A stretch of DNA of 64,000 nucleotides from Candidatus Gottesmanbacteria bacterium (GTDB taxonomy: Bacteria > Patescibacteriota > Microgenomatia > UBA10105 > UBA927): the NCBI GenBank assembly GCA_963809665.1, contig CAWEKC010000001.1, positions 6,852 through 70,851 on the forward strand. Reading direction: 5' to 3'. A program made the position numbers and the translations under genes. Below, piece by piece: positions 22,486 to 32,741 of the stretch. Position 1 is the first letter of the stretch, and each line of letters starts with the position of its first letter. Below the pieces are notes generated by a model. That model had not been told where the DNA came from and searched no databases. It saw only the letters and a list, made by a program, of their open reading frames with translations.

Positions 22486-23394
22486 TTATTGTTCCGGGAG
22501 ATCGAGGTTCCGATCGGGCGTATTAAAAAGACGGCGCTGGGAAATACGGTGATCCACTATCACGGGGAGATTCATGGCAGCCATACCATACCCCTCCAGC
22601 ATCGGAAAATCTCCGGAAAATATCGCCTGCAGTAATCTGACCGGAGTCCAAAATATGTGTGCTAAAAGAATATTTAAGTCGGTCACATTTTTCCATATAA
22701 AGATAAACTGGTTGCGGTATGCAATTTTTTTAACGTCAATGGATGTAAATTCCCGTTTAATTTTACCCTGTTCATGATAGTGACGAACAATACTCTTAGG
22801 TTCAAACAATGTCTTCCAACCGGCTTTCCGTGCACGATAAGACAAATCTATATCTTCCCAGTAAAACGGATTATAGAGCGTGTCCATACCACCGAGTTGC
22901 TCCCACATAGACCTACGGAAGGCTCCGCTGCCCCCTGAAACCCATGCTGTAGAAAGCAGGCCTGTGTCCCCGCGTGCGTGGATGTAGTAACCCTTTTCCC
23001 AACGGGCTATACCCCTGCCCCGTCGTATGGTTTTTCCTGACTCTTCGCTTTTCTCAAGGCATCCCACTGCAAATACATCAGGATCTGAAAAATGTGTAAC
23101 GAGGGGTGCTAGAAAATCGGATTCCGGCTCAACATCCGTATTCAAAAGTATGATAACTTTCCCCGTAGCGCGTGCGACACCTGCGTTAACATTTGATGAA
23201 AATCCCCGGTGTACATTCCCTGCTACAACGATGACAGTCGGAAAGTTTTTTTTAAGATAATGAACGGACCCATCCGTGGACGTATCATCAGCGACTATAA
23301 TTTCCGCTCCCGGTGCAGCCTTCAGTACGCTCTGTAGATGTTTCTCCAGGAGATACAATCCGTTCCAGTTGGGTATGACAATCGATACTCGCAT
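22486..23394 (-). CDS. GT2 glycosyltransferase, rhamnosyltransferase (WbbL)-like
   Basis: MRVSIVIPNWNG, DDTSTDGS, LLNTD and FYWEDIDLSYRA motifs. Start reassigned to 23394. Confidence 0.85.
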   Translation of the reverse strand: MRVSIVIPNWNGLYLLEKHLQSVLKAAPGAEIIVADDTSTDGSVHYLKKNFPTVIVVAGNVHRGFSSNVNAGVARATGKVIILLNTDVEPESDFLAPLVTHFSDPDVFAVGCLEKSEESGKTIRRGRGIARWEKGYYIHARGDTGLLSTAWVSGGSGAFRRSMWEQLGGMDTLYNPFYWEDIDLSYRARKAGWKTLFEPKSIVRHYHEQGKIKREFTSIDVKKIAYRNQFIFIWKNVTDLNILLAHIFWTPVRLLQAIFSGDFPMLEGYGMAAMNLPVIVDHRISQRRLFNTPDRNLDLPEQ

Positions 23395-23416
23395 ATATGT
23401 TAGTATAACGTATATG
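23392..23416. promoter_or_regulatory. Putative bidirectional leaderless promoter in a palindromic 19-bp divergent spacer
   Basis: CATATATGTTA-GTA-TAACGTATATG. Plus-strand TG-n-TAGTAT (23401-23406) and minus-strand TATACT (23402-23407) each lie 7 nt before an ATG. Confidence 0.6.
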
Positions 23417-24706
23417 AAGCCGCTGCGACAATTTACCCGTAATCCATATTTCCTGATCGCCCTTCTGATATTTCTCATCCATACATTTTTTATGTTTTAC
23501 AATCTGGAAAAATGGGCGTCATTCGGTTGGGATCAGGTCGATAACGCATGGGCGGCACTCCGTATTCTCGTTGCCCACAAGTATCCGTTACTCGGAATGG
23601 TAGCTAAGCAAAATAGTGGATTCAACATCGGACCACTCTACTATTATTTTGTATCGGTTTTCTATTTCTTTACCCGCCTCGACCCGATTGCCTCACCGAT
23701 ACTTGCAGGGTGCACGGCACTGTTCAGTTATTGGGTCATCTATGGAGTTTCGAAAAGGATATTTAATGAAAATGTTGCGCTGATTTCTTGTTTTATTTAT
23801 ACGTTTTCAAATTTCATCATACAGCGTGAACGGGTACAATGGCCTGTAAATTTCATCGCCCCAATAGGCCTTCTTATTTTCTTTTTCTTATATAAAGTTA
23901 TGACAGGAAATATGAAGTACATTATTCATTTGGCAGCTACCGTCGGATTGTCATTTCATATCCATTTTACGGCAATTTTTTACCCGCTTATCATTCTTTT
24001 ATCCCTGCCATTGGTTCCGATAAACAAAAAAACATGGAAATATATCGTCGGTGCCATACCGGTATTTACAGTTTTTATGATTCCCCAGGCAATCTATTAC
24101 ACGCAGGCAAACCATCAGAACGGACTTGGGAGTTACAGCACGTACGTAAACTCGTATTATCACGGCTTTCATCTGCAACGGATGCTTCAACTCTCCCACG
24201 ATGCATTTATTAAATTTCAGTCGATACTGGAAAAACCCTATGCAATACTCCGTAGCGCCGTATTCTTTTATATCCCTTTATTCTTTGCTGCCTATTGGCA
24301 AAAGGAAAAAAACACAAATCGGGTAAAACTTTTTTATCTTATTGTCGTATGGATTTTGGTACCGTGGGTTGTATTTACCACATATAGCGGAGAAATCAGC
24401 GACTATTATTTTAATATCCAGTTGTATATTGCGGTTATAATATTTGCCTATCTCACCTATTGGATCTGGGAAACGAAAAAAAAATTGCTGCGAATTGCAA
24501 TCAGCATATTCTGGCTCTACTTTACCGTGGTAAATATTCAGATATTTTTAAACACTCAGGACAGTGATTTTATTAAAAATAAAGTAGAAGTTCAGCAAAG
24601 TGTCAACAGCGGAATATTGATTAATTTTACAGACGGGGATCCCAAATCATATCTCGATTACTACTTTTCATATACCCAGCATAAACCGTTACCCTTCAAC
24701 CTGTAG
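23414..24706 (+). CDS. ArnT/PMT_2-like GT-C glycosyltransferase
   Basis: FGWDQVDN, FNIGPLYYY and GLSFHIH motifs. Paralog of the genes at 4496 and 41473. AT-rich. Start reassigned to 23414. Confidence 0.75.
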   Translation: MKPLRQFTRNPYFLIALLIFLIHTFFMFYNLEKWASFGWDQVDNAWAALRILVAHKYPLLGMVAKQNSGFNIGPLYYYFVSVFYFFTRLDPIASPILAGCTALFSYWVIYGVSKRIFNENVALISCFIYTFSNFIIQRERVQWPVNFIAPIGLLIFFFLYKVMTGNMKYIIHLAATVGLSFHIHFTAIFYPLIILLSLPLVPINKKTWKYIVGAIPVFTVFMIPQAIYYTQANHQNGLGSYSTYVNSYYHGFHLQRMLQLSHDAFIKFQSILEKPYAILRSAVFFYIPLFFAAYWQKEKNTNRVKLFYLIVVWILVPWVVFTTYSGEISDYYFNIQLYIAVIIFAYLTYWIWETKKKLLRIAISIFWLYFTVVNIQIFLNTQDSDFIKNKVEVQQSVNSGILINFTDGDPKSYLDYYFSYTQHKPLPFNL

Positions 24707-24712
24707 CAGGAA

Positions 24713-26941
24713 TTATTTATACCGCAGTACGATCGTATGCTCTCCTTTGGGAACGAGTATCCCCTGAAACAGATAATTCGTCCTGTATATCGGAGCCGGA
24801 ACCGAATCGATGAATGCGCTCCATCCCGGATCAAACATATTTGTGATGACTACGAAAAGATCATTTGAAAATGATGATATCGCACGGATTTCGGAATCTG
24901 ATTCCGCCATGATGTCTATGGAATCATTCTGTTCAACCGTAGATTGCAGAACCGATACGTTGGTCTCAACAACCGCCTGCTTCGCCGGATTAAATGTCGT
25001 ACTATACAACAAGTCCATAACCTGTTGTCTTGATTCCGCAAATATAATTGAGTCCACCGGATATATCCGCGGTAACGCCTTTACGTACTGATAGATTTTC
25101 GTTTGACCTTCCTCGTAGACAAATTCCAAGTCTGGCCTCTTCATAGTCTCGAAGGACAAAACATATTTAACATTCAGAAGAGGAAACAACGGTGAATCTA
25201 TGGTCGGCGATGTGATAATACGGTTAAATCCGAACGGCGGTGTGATATTCGGTTCACGGCGGTTAAGCGCTGCGATAAATTCCTCATACCGCGCATCATA
25301 AATAGGGTCATATCCTTCAATCGATTCAATACCATAATATGCACCTACGTTCGGAGGCAGAATACGGTTATCCAGACTCATCACCCGAAACGGCCTTGTC
25401 TGACCCCGGAGAAATGAGATCACTTTTGTTGTCGGGAAAAAGTACGAAACAGGAGTAAAGGGCGTAAACTTCCACCCGAAACGGAACAGATCGAATATGG
25501 TTACGGCAATGATTGCAAACGTGAACAGAGTATTCCACCGTTTTTTGATAACAAATACAAACAATACTAATATGCTGCTTACCGCCCACAAGGCACTCGG
25601 TAAGATAAGGTTCCTTTTGGCAACATCCATATCCGGTATTCGCAGTACATAAAACCACAGACCCGTAAGTACAACACCTGTACATATAATACCGAAAAGA
25701 ATTTTTTTATCCGGCTTTTTAATATACACGTCCAACCCAAGTCCCGCCAGCATTATGAGACACACATCTACAAGAACCATGAGCCTCGTCGGCTGTAATG
25801 ATGAAAGAATTGGCAGATGAAACTGAAACGGAAGTTTTGCAACCGGCGTCGGAAGTAAAAAGATGAAAACGATCGCGCAACTCACCGCAAAGAACCTGGT
25901 CAACCGGTCACGGCGTACTATGATTGCGTAGAATGCAAAGAGCATAGGAAGTATGCCGATGTATCCGATAAATTCGCCATAATTCCATATCCCCGTGTAA
26001 TTAAGTGTCGCCGGATTACCGAAAAAATCCGGGGCAATAAATTGTACGAGATTCTGCCATGGCAAAAACCACCCGTCTTTAAGCCACGAAGATGCATCGA
26101 ATATGCGCGAACTATGAGTAATGATCTGCACGAGCGGCACCCACTGGATCGATGAAACTATTACCGCTCCTCCTAAAACGGTTAAAAGCCATAAAATATT
26201 GCTCCGTTTCGGCATGTTCCATATTTCAAAGAGTCCGTAAACAAAGGCAAAAGCGAAAACGTACAGGGCAACCTGCACATGGCCGGCAAATACTGCAAAA
26301 ACCGCCGACGCAATACAGAGTACCGACCAGATAATTTTCGTTTTCCTGTTATTCCCTTCTAAGATTTTATCTATGGAAAGTAATATGAGAGGTAACCAAA
26401 GCGCCGTCTGCACAATCGTTCCCCACGTCAACCACGCGATACTAAACCCGCAAAACGCCCATATAACGCCGGCAAACACCGAAACGGCAGGAAGTATTTT
26501 CTTGTTACGCAGGTAGAAATAAAGGAATAACGCCGCAAGAATCGGTTGGAGGATAATCAGGACGGTCCATGCAATATAGAAAGGCATAAACAGAAAAAAA
26601 ATATTTGCCGGATACCATGCCCCCGCCTGTATATTGGCCGCGAGCGGGGTGCCGGAAAAATTATACGGATTCCATAGCGGGAGCGTTCCGTTTTTCAGAT
26701 CATCAATAACCAGCTTTCTCCAGGGAATCTGCTGGCGGATGGGATCCGTAATGAGAAAATTTTTAAATGGAACGCCGGCGGGATTGGTCTTCGCTGCCTG
26801 ATCAAGCCACGGATGATATAAACCGATAAGCGTATCTGTAGGGACCGGCAATGTACCCAAACGAAACACCGGGTAAAAAAATGCCGCACAGACAGCGACA
26901 ATGATTGCCGGAAATAATAATCTTCGTACTAACTGTTTCAT
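24713..26941 (-). CDS. YfhO-family membrane protein
   Basis: 742 aa. ITDPIRQQIPWR, PLWNPYNFSGTPLAANIQ, AGHVQ, APDFFGNP and FDPGW..TNYLFQG motifs. Confidence 0.85.
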   Translation of the reverse strand: MKQLVRRLLFPAIIVAVCAAFFYPVFRLGTLPVPTDTLIGLYHPWLDQAAKTNPAGVPFKNFLITDPIRQQIPWRKLVIDDLKNGTLPLWNPYNFSGTPLAANIQAGAWYPANIFFLFMPFYIAWTVLIILQPILAALFLYFYLRNKKILPAVSVFAGVIWAFCGFSIAWLTWGTIVQTALWLPLILLSIDKILEGNNRKTKIIWSVLCIASAVFAVFAGHVQVALYVFAFAFVYGLFEIWNMPKRSNILWLLTVLGGAVIVSSIQWVPLVQIITHSSRIFDASSWLKDGWFLPWQNLVQFIAPDFFGNPATLNYTGIWNYGEFIGYIGILPMLFAFYAIIVRRDRLTRFFAVSCAIVFIFLLPTPVAKLPFQFHLPILSSLQPTRLMVLVDVCLIMLAGLGLDVYIKKPDKKILFGIICTGVVLTGLWFYVLRIPDMDVAKRNLILPSALWAVSSILVLFVFVIKKRWNTLFTFAIIAVTIFDLFRFGWKFTPFTPVSYFFPTTKVISFLRGQTRPFRVMSLDNRILPPNVGAYYGIESIEGYDPIYDARYEEFIAALNRREPNITPPFGFNRIITSPTIDSPLFPLLNVKYVLSFETMKRPDLEFVYEEGQTKIYQYVKALPRIYPVDSIIFAESRQQVMDLLYSTTFNPAKQAVVETNVSVLQSTVEQNDSIDIMAESDSEIRAISSFSNDLFVVITNMFDPGWSAFIDSVPAPIYRTNYLFQGILVPKGEHTIVLRYK

Positions 26942-27966
26942 CAGGTTACATCAGAAAGTAATGCATCAAATGTTTTTGTAAATGTAAGGACGCCAAATCT
27001 TTTTGAACGTTGCATCATTTCTTCCCGCAACCCATTCTGAGCCTTTATATCCTGAACAATATGCAGCGTAATTTCAAGGCATTCATCAGGTGTGGCCCAG
27101 AGGTTGCGGCTGACGATCTCTGACTGTCCCCCGCCGTTGAAAACCACCGGGATACATCCGGCAGACATCGCCTCGACTGTTGTAATACCGAAATGCTCCA
27201 TATGCTCCGGACTGGTCTGCCCAAATCCTGCCGCATGCCAGTACATAAGAGCCTCATTATATAAAGCCGTTAGGGTAGCAAACGTACAATTCGGGAAGAA
27301 CCGTATGGGCAATCCTTTTGCTGCCCGTTTTAATGAGTCAAAGTACGCTTTATCCGCCTCCAGCAACCCTCCTGCAAGTTTAAATTCAAACCCTTCAAGT
27401 TGTTCCGACTTGATTGCCTTCCGGAATATATCAATGAGTACGTCCTGTTTTTTAGCAGGATTAAACCGTCCGACGGAAACGATGACCTTATTCTTTGTAG
27501 TCCGCGTGTGTTTAATCGGTTCAACCGGCGGGTAAATAACAACGGATCGTTTGCCGATACGCGGATCAATATTGTCTTTCGTAAAAAATGAATTGCATAC
27601 AATGGCCTGAAAACGGAGCAATTTTATCGGGTGTACCGGGACATGCTGAAACGGTACCTGAAAATGCAGTATATTCCGTTTGGCAAATGTAGTCGGGATA
27701 CTCCCGTCCGTCAGAAAGAATATGAGGTCGTACCCGCGGCTAACAGCCAATTTTTTAAATACATTTTTGGTTTTAAATACGTTCTCCGTCGTCAGGATCC
27801 GTGTCAGATCAATGTGAAGACGACGTCCGGATTTTTCCAAAATTTCCGGATCATCCCAAAAAAGAAATACATCATGGGATTTCGACCAGTGGGAAGCTAT
27901 GGATAGAAGATACCGTTCCCCGCCGCTCATACTATCGAAGTAGGGACTGTAAAAACCAATTTTCAT
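26941..27966 (-). CDS. GT4 family glycosyltransferase
   Basis: GGERY, SVGRF..KKQD and the EHFGITTVEAM (EX7E) GT-B signature. Confidence 0.9.
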   Translation of the reverse strand: MKIGFYSPYFDSMSGGERYLLSIASHWSKSHDVFLFWDDPEILEKSGRRLHIDLTRILTTENVFKTKNVFKKLAVSRGYDLIFFLTDGSIPTTFAKRNILHFQVPFQHVPVHPIKLLRFQAIVCNSFFTKDNIDPRIGKRSVVIYPPVEPIKHTRTTKNKVIVSVGRFNPAKKQDVLIDIFRKAIKSEQLEGFEFKLAGGLLEADKAYFDSLKRAAKGLPIRFFPNCTFATLTALYNEALMYWHAAGFGQTSPEHMEHFGITTVEAMSAGCIPVVFNGGGQSEIVSRNLWATPDECLEITLHIVQDIKAQNGLREEMMQRSKRFGVLTFTKTFDALLSDVT

Positions 27967-30209
27967 ATGCGTTTCGACAAATAGACTAACCCGGTTGCAC
28001 CGATGACACTAAGTATTATACCCCACAGGAATTCGCCGGGTGTGAATCTGAATTCGACCGTATGTTTCCCGGCCGGTACGGCAACCGCGCGGAAATCGTA
28101 ATCCGCCCTGTACACGGGTGACTGCTTACCGTCAATAAACGCCTTCCAACCCGGATCGAACACATCAGATAGAAATAAAAGTTTAGGCGAAGACGCATCG
28201 GTTTCTATCGTTACTTTATCGGGTGTATACAATTTAATATCAGCTGACCCTGACCCTGCTAGCGGTTCAACAGCAGGTCTTACTTCCAGAACGAGTGAGT
28301 TCCTCCTGTCAAAATCCCGGGCAAATAACGTATCGACTATATCTTTATCGGTTGTTTTCACTGTAAAGGACGATGCTAAAAATGCTCTGGGATATACGTT
28401 ATTATATTCAAATATTTCATACTTTTCATCGCTGTATACCTGATGCATCGATCCGTCGGCCAGGTACTCCCAATACGGAAAGACCCAAGGTGCTCTGCCG
28501 TCGCTGAACCGGTGGTAAATATATTTGATTCCTAAAAGCTGCAGCGCTTCAGTTTTATACACTCCGTATTTATCAAACTGTACGACCGAACGGCCGCCGG
28601 GATAACTATATCCCTTGGATACGGCATTGATGAATTCTCCATACCGCGCCTGGTATACCGCGTCATAACCGTCAACGAGCGGTATGTAAAATTCCGTTCC
28701 CACCTCACCGCTTCCGATATTACCGAAAACCCTGTCGTTGCCGACATGGGATTGAAGATAGGTCAACGATTTCACCTGCGGAAATATATACTTGCGCGGA
28801 TCAAACGGCATCCATTTTATGGCAAACCGGAGGATATCGAATACTGATAATCCAATAAGAGCGGCGATAACAATTATCCGTACTACTATATTCCGGATCG
28901 ATCCCAAAAAGATTAATAATGCTCCTGATACTATCAGCAGGCTCGGCAAAACGAAATTGTGAGTTGCGATAGAAAGCTTGTCGGGCGGTAATGGTTTTCC
29001 AAATAACAAAACCGTCCATGTAATACAGGTGAAACAGAGACACAAAACAGGAAAAACAATATGTAGTTTTTTATTTTTATTCAACCCGTCCAACCCATAG
29101 GCAGACAGAACTGCCAGAGAAAAACTGGTGAGAAGTATAATCCGCGATGCGGCGCTTCCCGAGAGAACGGGAATTTTTAACAGGTAGAGTAAATCATTGA
29201 CGGGCGTGGGCAACGCAAACAATAACGTCAGTATTGCTAGTAATGCAAAAAACCAGACTTCCCGCGATATTTTCTTTGTAATTGCAGAAATAGCCAGCAT
29301 CAACGGTACGACGCCGATAAATCCTGCCCATTCGGCATAGTGACCGAACCAGTCATTTCTCGTAACCGGATTTCCGAAAAAATCCGGGGCTATGAATGTC
29401 AGAAGATATTGCCAGGGTATAACCTCGCCTTTTAATACCGAGTCACTCCTTGATGACAGAGCATATGACCGCAGACCCAAAAGAATTTGCGGTGCGGCAA
29501 GAAGAACGCCGAAGAGAAGAAACCATAATGCCGTCCAATGTTTTTTCCAGAAGATATAGGCTAACGCCGCGCCGATAACATAGATGCTTACCTGAAAATG
29601 ACCGGAGACCAGTGATAATGCGATCCCGAGGCTAACGGCCAACCCGTTCTTTTTGTGAATGCCCCAAAGTATAAGAGGCAGGAACAAGGCGGCGTACCCG
29701 AGAGTACCGTACGCCATCCATACAACCATAAATCCGCAAAACATGAACGCAGTCGCCGCAAGAAGTGACGCTTCCCTGGATCTTTCCAGACTTCTCACAA
29801 ACAGATACATAAACAACCCGGCCAGAAGCGGTTGAAGGAGAATAAGAATGCTCCACGCGTCAATAAAAGGAAGAATAAAAAATAGCAGATTAAACGGGGA
29901 AAACACGGCGCTCTGATAGTTCCCGGCCTGTGCAGTACCGGAAAAGCTATACGGATTCCACAGCGGGACCTGCCCTGACTTCCATGTATCAACAGTCAGT
30001 TTTTTCCACGGGTAAATCTGTGTAATCACGTCCGGCATGGCGTTATTTTTAACCGGCATGCCGTATTCGCTGCTCCACGGAGGAAAAAACGTGGCCAGAT
30101 ACGTGGACGGAAACGGAACCAGCCCCTTAAAAAAATACGGGAAAGAAAAAATAAACCAAAGAAGGACAATAACGGATACCGGCCAAAATTTGTTAAGAAT
30201 GGATTTCAT
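27963..30209 (-). CDS. YfhO-family membrane protein
   Basis: 748 aa. MPDVITQIYPWK, PLWNPYSFSG, SGHFQ, APDFFGNP and LSDVFDPGW..ADYDFRAV motifs. Confidence 0.85.
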   Translation of the reverse strand: MKSILNKFWPVSVIVLLWFIFSFPYFFKGLVPFPSTYLATFFPPWSSEYGMPVKNNAMPDVITQIYPWKKLTVDTWKSGQVPLWNPYSFSGTAQAGNYQSAVFSPFNLLFFILPFIDAWSILILLQPLLAGLFMYLFVRSLERSREASLLAATAFMFCGFMVVWMAYGTLGYAALFLPLILWGIHKKNGLAVSLGIALSLVSGHFQVSIYVIGAALAYIFWKKHWTALWFLLFGVLLAAPQILLGLRSYALSSRSDSVLKGEVIPWQYLLTFIAPDFFGNPVTRNDWFGHYAEWAGFIGVVPLMLAISAITKKISREVWFFALLAILTLLFALPTPVNDLLYLLKIPVLSGSAASRIILLTSFSLAVLSAYGLDGLNKNKKLHIVFPVLCLCFTCITWTVLLFGKPLPPDKLSIATHNFVLPSLLIVSGALLIFLGSIRNIVVRIIVIAALIGLSVFDILRFAIKWMPFDPRKYIFPQVKSLTYLQSHVGNDRVFGNIGSGEVGTEFYIPLVDGYDAVYQARYGEFINAVSKGYSYPGGRSVVQFDKYGVYKTEALQLLGIKYIYHRFSDGRAPWVFPYWEYLADGSMHQVYSDEKYEIFEYNNVYPRAFLASSFTVKTTDKDIVDTLFARDFDRRNSLVLEVRPAVEPLAGSGSADIKLYTPDKVTIETDASSPKLLFLSDVFDPGWKAFIDGKQSPVYRADYDFRAVAVPAGKHTVEFRFTPGEFLWGIILSVIGATGLVYLSKRI

Positions 30210-30955
30210 TTAACTATTTTCTTCTGCTGCAACTCCCACAACTTTGCATATGTGATAAACATACTGAACGCCTGATAGATACTTTCTATCCAGCCTACCG
30301 TGCCGGCCTTCCAGCCTCCTTGTGAGAAAAACGATCGGTTGAACCCGGTAATCATAACACGGATAAGACGCCACCAGACTACGGGCGGATGATGGGCATC
30401 CAACCGAAGTTGCGCCTCCAGGCGCGACCATTCATTAGTCTTTGAAACCATTTCCTCCAGAGTCCTATGTGTGCGGTGGATGAGGGGATTCGTGAGTGTG
30501 GAAGCCTCACCGACATACAGCGGAGTTTCGTGCAGAACCCCTTGCCAACCGCGGATAGCCGACCTCAGAAACAACCGCTCGACTTTATCCATTTTCGGCC
30601 AATGGCTCCCTAAATAATAGGTATCACGATTGATAAAATATACTACAGGTTGAGTTAAACCGATGACCCGCTTAATTTCTTTTTGCAACTCTCCGCTAAC
30701 TTCTTCATCCGCATCAATATAAAGTATCCATTTTCCGGTAGCCTCACGGAGACCTATGTCACGTAAATGGGAAAAATCTTTTTCTTTTTCAGAAATAACT
30801 TTTGCCCCATGCTTTATTGCAAGTTCTACCGTCCTATCTGTTGATCCGTTGTCAACAACTATACGCTCATCAGCAAATGCAACGCCTTCCAAACATCCGG
30901 CAATTCTCTGCTGTTCATTTTTTGCAATTATGATAGCGGTTAATTTTTTACTCAT
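30206..30955 (-). CDS. GT2 glycosyltransferase, beta-1,4-glucosyltransferase-like
   Basis: IIAKNE, DNGSTD, WILYIDADE and LHE motifs. Confidence 0.88.
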   Translation of the reverse strand: MSKKLTAIIIAKNEQQRIAGCLEGVAFADERIVVDNGSTDRTVELAIKHGAKVISEKEKDFSHLRDIGLREATGKWILYIDADEEVSGELQKEIKRVIGLTQPVVYFINRDTYYLGSHWPKMDKVERLFLRSAIRGWQGVLHETPLYVGEASTLTNPLIHRTHRTLEEMVSKTNEWSRLEAQLRLDAHHPPVVWWRLIRVMITGFNRSFFSQGGWKAGTVGWIESIYQAFSMFITYAKLWELQQKKIVK

Positions 30956-31866
30956 AATGAAAATCTATTTCCGTATCTCCCTAAAAAGTAATCTATCACT
31001 GCTTTTCTTCGGACTGCGGAGCCGGTGAGTACGTATCGTATCGCTTCCCGCAGTAATGCAATTTTTGTGCGTGTTTGCGCATACCGGAACCCAAGGAGAA
31101 GGCGGTTACGCGTTTGATAATATTGCTGCAGCGGATTACCGGGGCGTGCGGAGGACCCTGCGTTGGTGTGCCATAGCACGGACGACGGAACGTAACGGAG
31201 TGAGTAGCCTGCCTTCACTGCCCGGAGACAAAAATCCAAATCCTCAAGATACAGATAATACCTGTCGTCCAACTCCCCTATACGATCAAAGACATCCTGA
31301 CGGATCATCATGGAACATCCCGTAACAAACGGCGTCTCTATCTCCGAATCAAACTGACCATGATCCACTTCATCCACCCCACGGTGCGAGGCATACATAT
31401 TCTCCCAATCCACTAACCCGCCGGCATACCAGAACACTTTGCCGCGCTCATTCTCTTTATACCGATTCAAATGAAATTCATGTCCCGGTGCAAAATATAT
31501 CTTGCATCCGCAAATCCCTACCACGGGATCCCTGAAAGCTTTCAGGACATTCAACACATGCGTATCAACAAACGTGTCATTATTGAGTAACCAGACGAAA
31601 TCCGCATGATGCTGACGGGCATAGGTAATCCCGACGTTATTTCCACCGGTGAAACCGAGATTATTACCTGTGGGAAGCACTACTACGTGAGGAAATTTAT
31701 TCCGTATGGTTGAGACTGAATCGTCAATTGAACCGTTATCCACTACGATTACCTGAAGATCTACGTCATGCTTTTCAATATTTTCAAGTGATCCTAAACA
31801 AATTTCGGTATCCTTTCCCCCGTTCCAGTTGACAATAATTACAGCAACTTTCGCTTTAGTTTCCAT
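30952..31866 (-). CDS. GT2 glycosyltransferase, rhamnosyltransferase-like
   Basis: IVNWNG, NLGFTGGNN, LLNND and YLEDLDF motifs. Confidence 0.88.
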   Translation of the reverse strand: METKAKVAVIIVNWNGGKDTEICLGSLENIEKHDVDLQVIVVDNGSIDDSVSTIRNKFPHVVVLPTGNNLGFTGGNNVGITYARQHHADFVWLLNNDTFVDTHVLNVLKAFRDPVVGICGCKIYFAPGHEFHLNRYKENERGKVFWYAGGLVDWENMYASHRGVDEVDHGQFDSEIETPFVTGCSMMIRQDVFDRIGELDDRYYLYLEDLDFCLRAVKAGYSLRYVPSSVLWHTNAGSSARPGNPLQQYYQTRNRLLLGFRYAQTRTKIALLREAIRYVLTGSAVRRKAVIDYFLGRYGNRFSL

Positions 31867-32741
31867 AAAATTTTGTTAAAGAAATTATGAGTTTCTGCGA
31901 GCTTAGTTGTATATATCCAGTACTTCACATCTTTTCCTCCCCGGGCTATTTCGTTCATAACGGAATCCGGAGCCAAATCGCGCTGCGGAAACTTATGCAT
32001 CTCCCAATATTTGGCAAATACCGTGAACGAATAAAATGCCTGAAAAAGTGCAAGCACCAGCCCGTGAAGGCCGTCTTTATATCCCCCCTGGGCAAAATAA
32101 ATTTTCAAAAAATCCGAAAGAGGGAACCGTATTGCGTCGTACCATACGAGTTGGTGGTCCATATCTTTCAGAGAGATCGCTTCGCTTGTAGACGCACGGT
32201 CAATTTTAGTCAGATACTGGTGAACCGTTTCATAATTATAATGAAGATAGGGGTTCTCAAGTTCTCCTACCTGTCCGTCGACGATCGCATATTCATGAAT
32301 GTGGACACAGGCAAATTTCCCTTTTCCCCTCCGGAATAGCCGTACCTGTTTATCAGGCCACCACAATCCGTGAGTAATCCACCTGCCGAAAATGATGTTT
32401 TTCCGCTTTATCCAATACCCGTTTTCTCTGGGATTTGACCGGACAACGGCCTGTATTTCTTTCGATAACTCCTTGGGTATTTCTTCATCAGCATCCAGAT
32501 TCAATATCCAGTCACCCGTCGCTTTATCAAACCCGTAGTTTTTGTTGGTATTCAGCATTAAAATATTCTTTTGAGAGTAAATCTTATCGGTAAACTTTTT
32601 CGCTATCTCAACCGTAGAATCGCTGGATTCATTGTCGACAACGATAATTTCGTCCGCCAGATGGCTGACCGATGACAGACACCTACCGAGTGACTGTTGC
32701 TCGTTATACGCGGACACGACAACGGATAATTTTGATTTCAT
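31839..32741 (-). CDS. GT2 glycosyltransferase, beta-1,4-glucosyltransferase-like
   Basis: SAYNE, DWILNLDADE, IHE and GYKDGLHG motifs. Confidence 0.88.
   Translation of the reverse strand: MKSKLSVVVSAYNEQQSLGRCLSSVSHLADEIIVVDNESSDSTVEIAKKFTDKIYSQKNILMLNTNKNYGFDKATGDWILNLDADEEIPKELSKEIQAVVRSNPRENGYWIKRKNIIFGRWITHGLWWPDKQVRLFRRGKGKFACVHIHEYAIVDGQVGELENPYLHYNYETVHQYLTKIDRASTSEAISLKDMDHQLVWYDAIRFPLSDFLKIYFAQGGYKDGLHGLVLALFQAFYSFTVFAKYWEMHKFPQRDLAPDSVMNEIARGGKDVKYWIYTTKLAETHNFFNKILWKLKRKLL

Noticed and set aside
10987-24712. Invertible (shufflon-like) segments explaining the three plus-strand genes
   Set aside because: I found no matching inverted repeats at the segment ends and there is no recombinase in the window.
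14920-29980. Short nucleotide repeats such as AAAAATCCGGGGC and GGATTCCA.A.CGGGA
   Set aside because: They encode conserved APDF.GNP and PLWNP motifs in YfhO paralogs. They are not regularly spaced, so not CRISPR or mobile-element repeats.
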